NCBI GenBank assembly: GCA_021791095.1
Contig: JAJYXG010000072.1
Span: 2,992 to 66,991 of the forward strand
From: Pseudomonadota bacterium
GTDB taxonomy: Bacteria > Pseudomonadota > Gammaproteobacteria > Burkholderiales > Thiobacillaceae
Reading direction: 5' to 3'
Length of the DNA stretch: 64,000 nucleotides
Below, piece after piece: positions 62,791-64,000 of the stretch. Position 1 is the stretch's first letter. Each line of letters starts with the position of its first letter. The position numbers and the translations under genes were made by a program. Under the pieces are notes generated by a model. It was not told the DNA's origin. It did not search any database and saw only the letters and a program-made list of their open reading frames with translations.

Positions 62791-63120
62791 ATGAACGTTT
62801 ACAGCAAATGGGCAACGATCGCGTTGCTGGCTGCAGGCCTGGCAACGGGCACGGCAACCGCCTACGCGGCCGACAGCCACGACGACGGCCATTCTTCCGG
62901 CCATACGTCAGGCGGCAAGGGCAAGGGGCCGAAGTACATGGGCGGCGACCGTGGCAGCAGCCACAGCAGCAGCGCCCACAAGGGCGGCAGTTCGCACCAT
63001 GACGGTTCGCAAGGCGGCAGCAAGTCGGCGGAAAGCAAGATTTTCCACGGCAAGTCTGGTGGGGCCGGCGGCCATGAAGACGGCGGCCATGAAGACGGCG
63101 GCACCGAGCACACCCATTGA
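62791..63120 (+). CDS. Exported Gly/His/Ser-rich disordered protein
   Basis: AGGAG RBS; signal peptide (TAYA); SHDDGH, SSHHDG, GGHEDGGHEDGGTEHTH. Confidence 0.8.
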   Translation: MNVYSKWATIALLAAGLATGTATAYAADSHDDGHSSGHTSGGKGKGPKYMGGDRGSSHSSSAHKGGSSHHDGSQGGSKSAESKIFHGKSGGAGGHEDGGHEDGGTEHTH

Positions 63121-63140
63121 TCGGCAGGCTGTTGCAGGGG

Positions 63141-63175
63141 AAAGGGCACACGGTTCGTGTGCCCTTTTCTTTTTT
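63141..63175 (+). terminator. Intrinsic terminator
   Basis: AAAGGGCACACG-GTT-CGTGTGCCCTTT followed by TCTTTTTT. Confidence 0.85.
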
Positions 63176-63366
63176 GCGGACCGGGTTTCTGGGCGAACGG
63201 CTTTCCGGCCGTTGAAACAGACTGTCACACACCGAAACGTGCAGGACACGCTGCAGACACCTCGCCCGTTCAAGATGCACCCCATCAGCAGACGCGAGCG
63301 CATCGACAGGCGAACGCAGCACGCTGAGCAACACGTTCTGTTTTAATCTTCAAAAGGAAACCGGTT

Positions 63367-63537
63367 ATGAAAAGCGTTCTTCAAGTTGCAGTCCTCACTT
63401 CCCTGCTCGCCTCGTTCTCGGCATTTGCCCACCACCCTGCCGAAGACATCGTCGATGAAGACATCTATCTGATGATCGATGCCAATGTGGCGGACACCCC
63501 GCATGCCGACCTGGATTTCTCCAGCATGGGGCGTTAA
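63367..63537 (+). CDS. 56-aa exported peptide with mature N-terminus His-His-Pro (absent from the ORF track)
   Basis: AAGGA RBS; MKSVLQVAVLTSLLASFSAFA|HHPAEDIVDEDIYLMIDANVADTPHADLDFSSMGR*. Confidence 0.75.
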   Translation: MKSVLQVAVLTSLLASFSAFAHHPAEDIVDEDIYLMIDANVADTPHADLDFSSMGR

Positions 63538-63555
63538 GCGCAGCAGCAAACCGGG

Positions 63556-63909
63556 CTAGCCGCGGTAGACGCAGCCCGAGTCGTGGGTTTCCATCACCCT
63601 GACCGCGCTCAGACCGGGCAGCGCGGGCTTGAGCTGCTGCCACAGCCACACCGCCAGGTTTTCGCTGGTGGGGTTTTCCAGCCCGGCGATGTCGTTCAGA
63701 TTACGATGATCGAGCGCGACATGGATCGGCTGCCAGGCCGCCTCGATGTCGGCGAAGTCGAGCACCCAGCCGAGCGCGGGGTCGATCTCGCCGCTGACCG
63801 TGAGCTCGACCCTGAACGAATGGCCGTGCAGGCGCGAGCAGGGATGGGTGTCGGGCAGCGCGGGCAGGCGCCGCGCGCATTGCAGGTGGAAGATGCGGAA
63901 GATGTCCAT
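63556..63909 (-). CDS. queD: 6-carboxytetrahydropterin synthase (QueD/PTPS family)
   Basis: CSRLHGHSF, GWVLDF, LDHRNLNDIAGLENPTSEN, VMET. Confidence 0.88.
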   Translation of the reverse strand: MDIFRIFHLQCARRLPALPDTHPCSRLHGHSFRVELTVSGEIDPALGWVLDFADIEAAWQPIHVALDHRNLNDIAGLENPTSENLAVWLWQQLKPALPGLSAVRVMETHDSGCVYRG

Positions 63910-64000
63910 GCGGCATTCTCGCGCAAGTCATCCATGCTGGCTATGCAGATGCGAACGAACTTCGCTCCGCCAGAAAGCGCAAGATGGCCTGCAAGGGGCA

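Overview
High-GC, betaproteobacterial-looking chromosome segment (Thiobacillus-like gene content; this is inference). It starts with a 5'-truncated copA-cueR pair, a TonB protein and an exported alpha/beta hydrolase. A nitrate-assimilation locus follows as two convergent arms: nasT-nrtA-globin-nrtB-nrtC on +, and nasA, ybiB-like, nirB-nirD on -. Both arms carry sigma54 promoters, NtrC boxes and ANTAR-type RNA hairpins. About 34.7 kb of accessory DNA with no integrase separates them. That DNA holds a patatin/twin-TetR/EmrAB-OMF module between ~97-bp direct repeats, a broken RHS toxin-immunity cassette, a copper block (P1B ATPase, CusCBA/F, cupredoxin, CusRS) and a Czc block (czcICB-PII-czcA, Acr3-like carrier, P1B-4 ATPase, His-rich DMT). 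Right of nasA lie a two-gene unknown islet, a P2-type ATPase, Hsp20, a CBS/CNNM protein, an FNR-type regulator with an uncharacterised surface cluster, and queD. The best candidates for undescribed biology are: (1) that surface cluster, a triple beta-barrel outer-membrane protein plus three exported unknown proteins; (2) degenerate palindromic units at the accessory-module junctions; (3) the islet pairing a Cys-rich peptide with a CFI-box-like protein; (4) a sigma54-driven anti-Shine-Dalgarno sRNA upstream of nasT. All calls come from reading the sequence; no searches were run.
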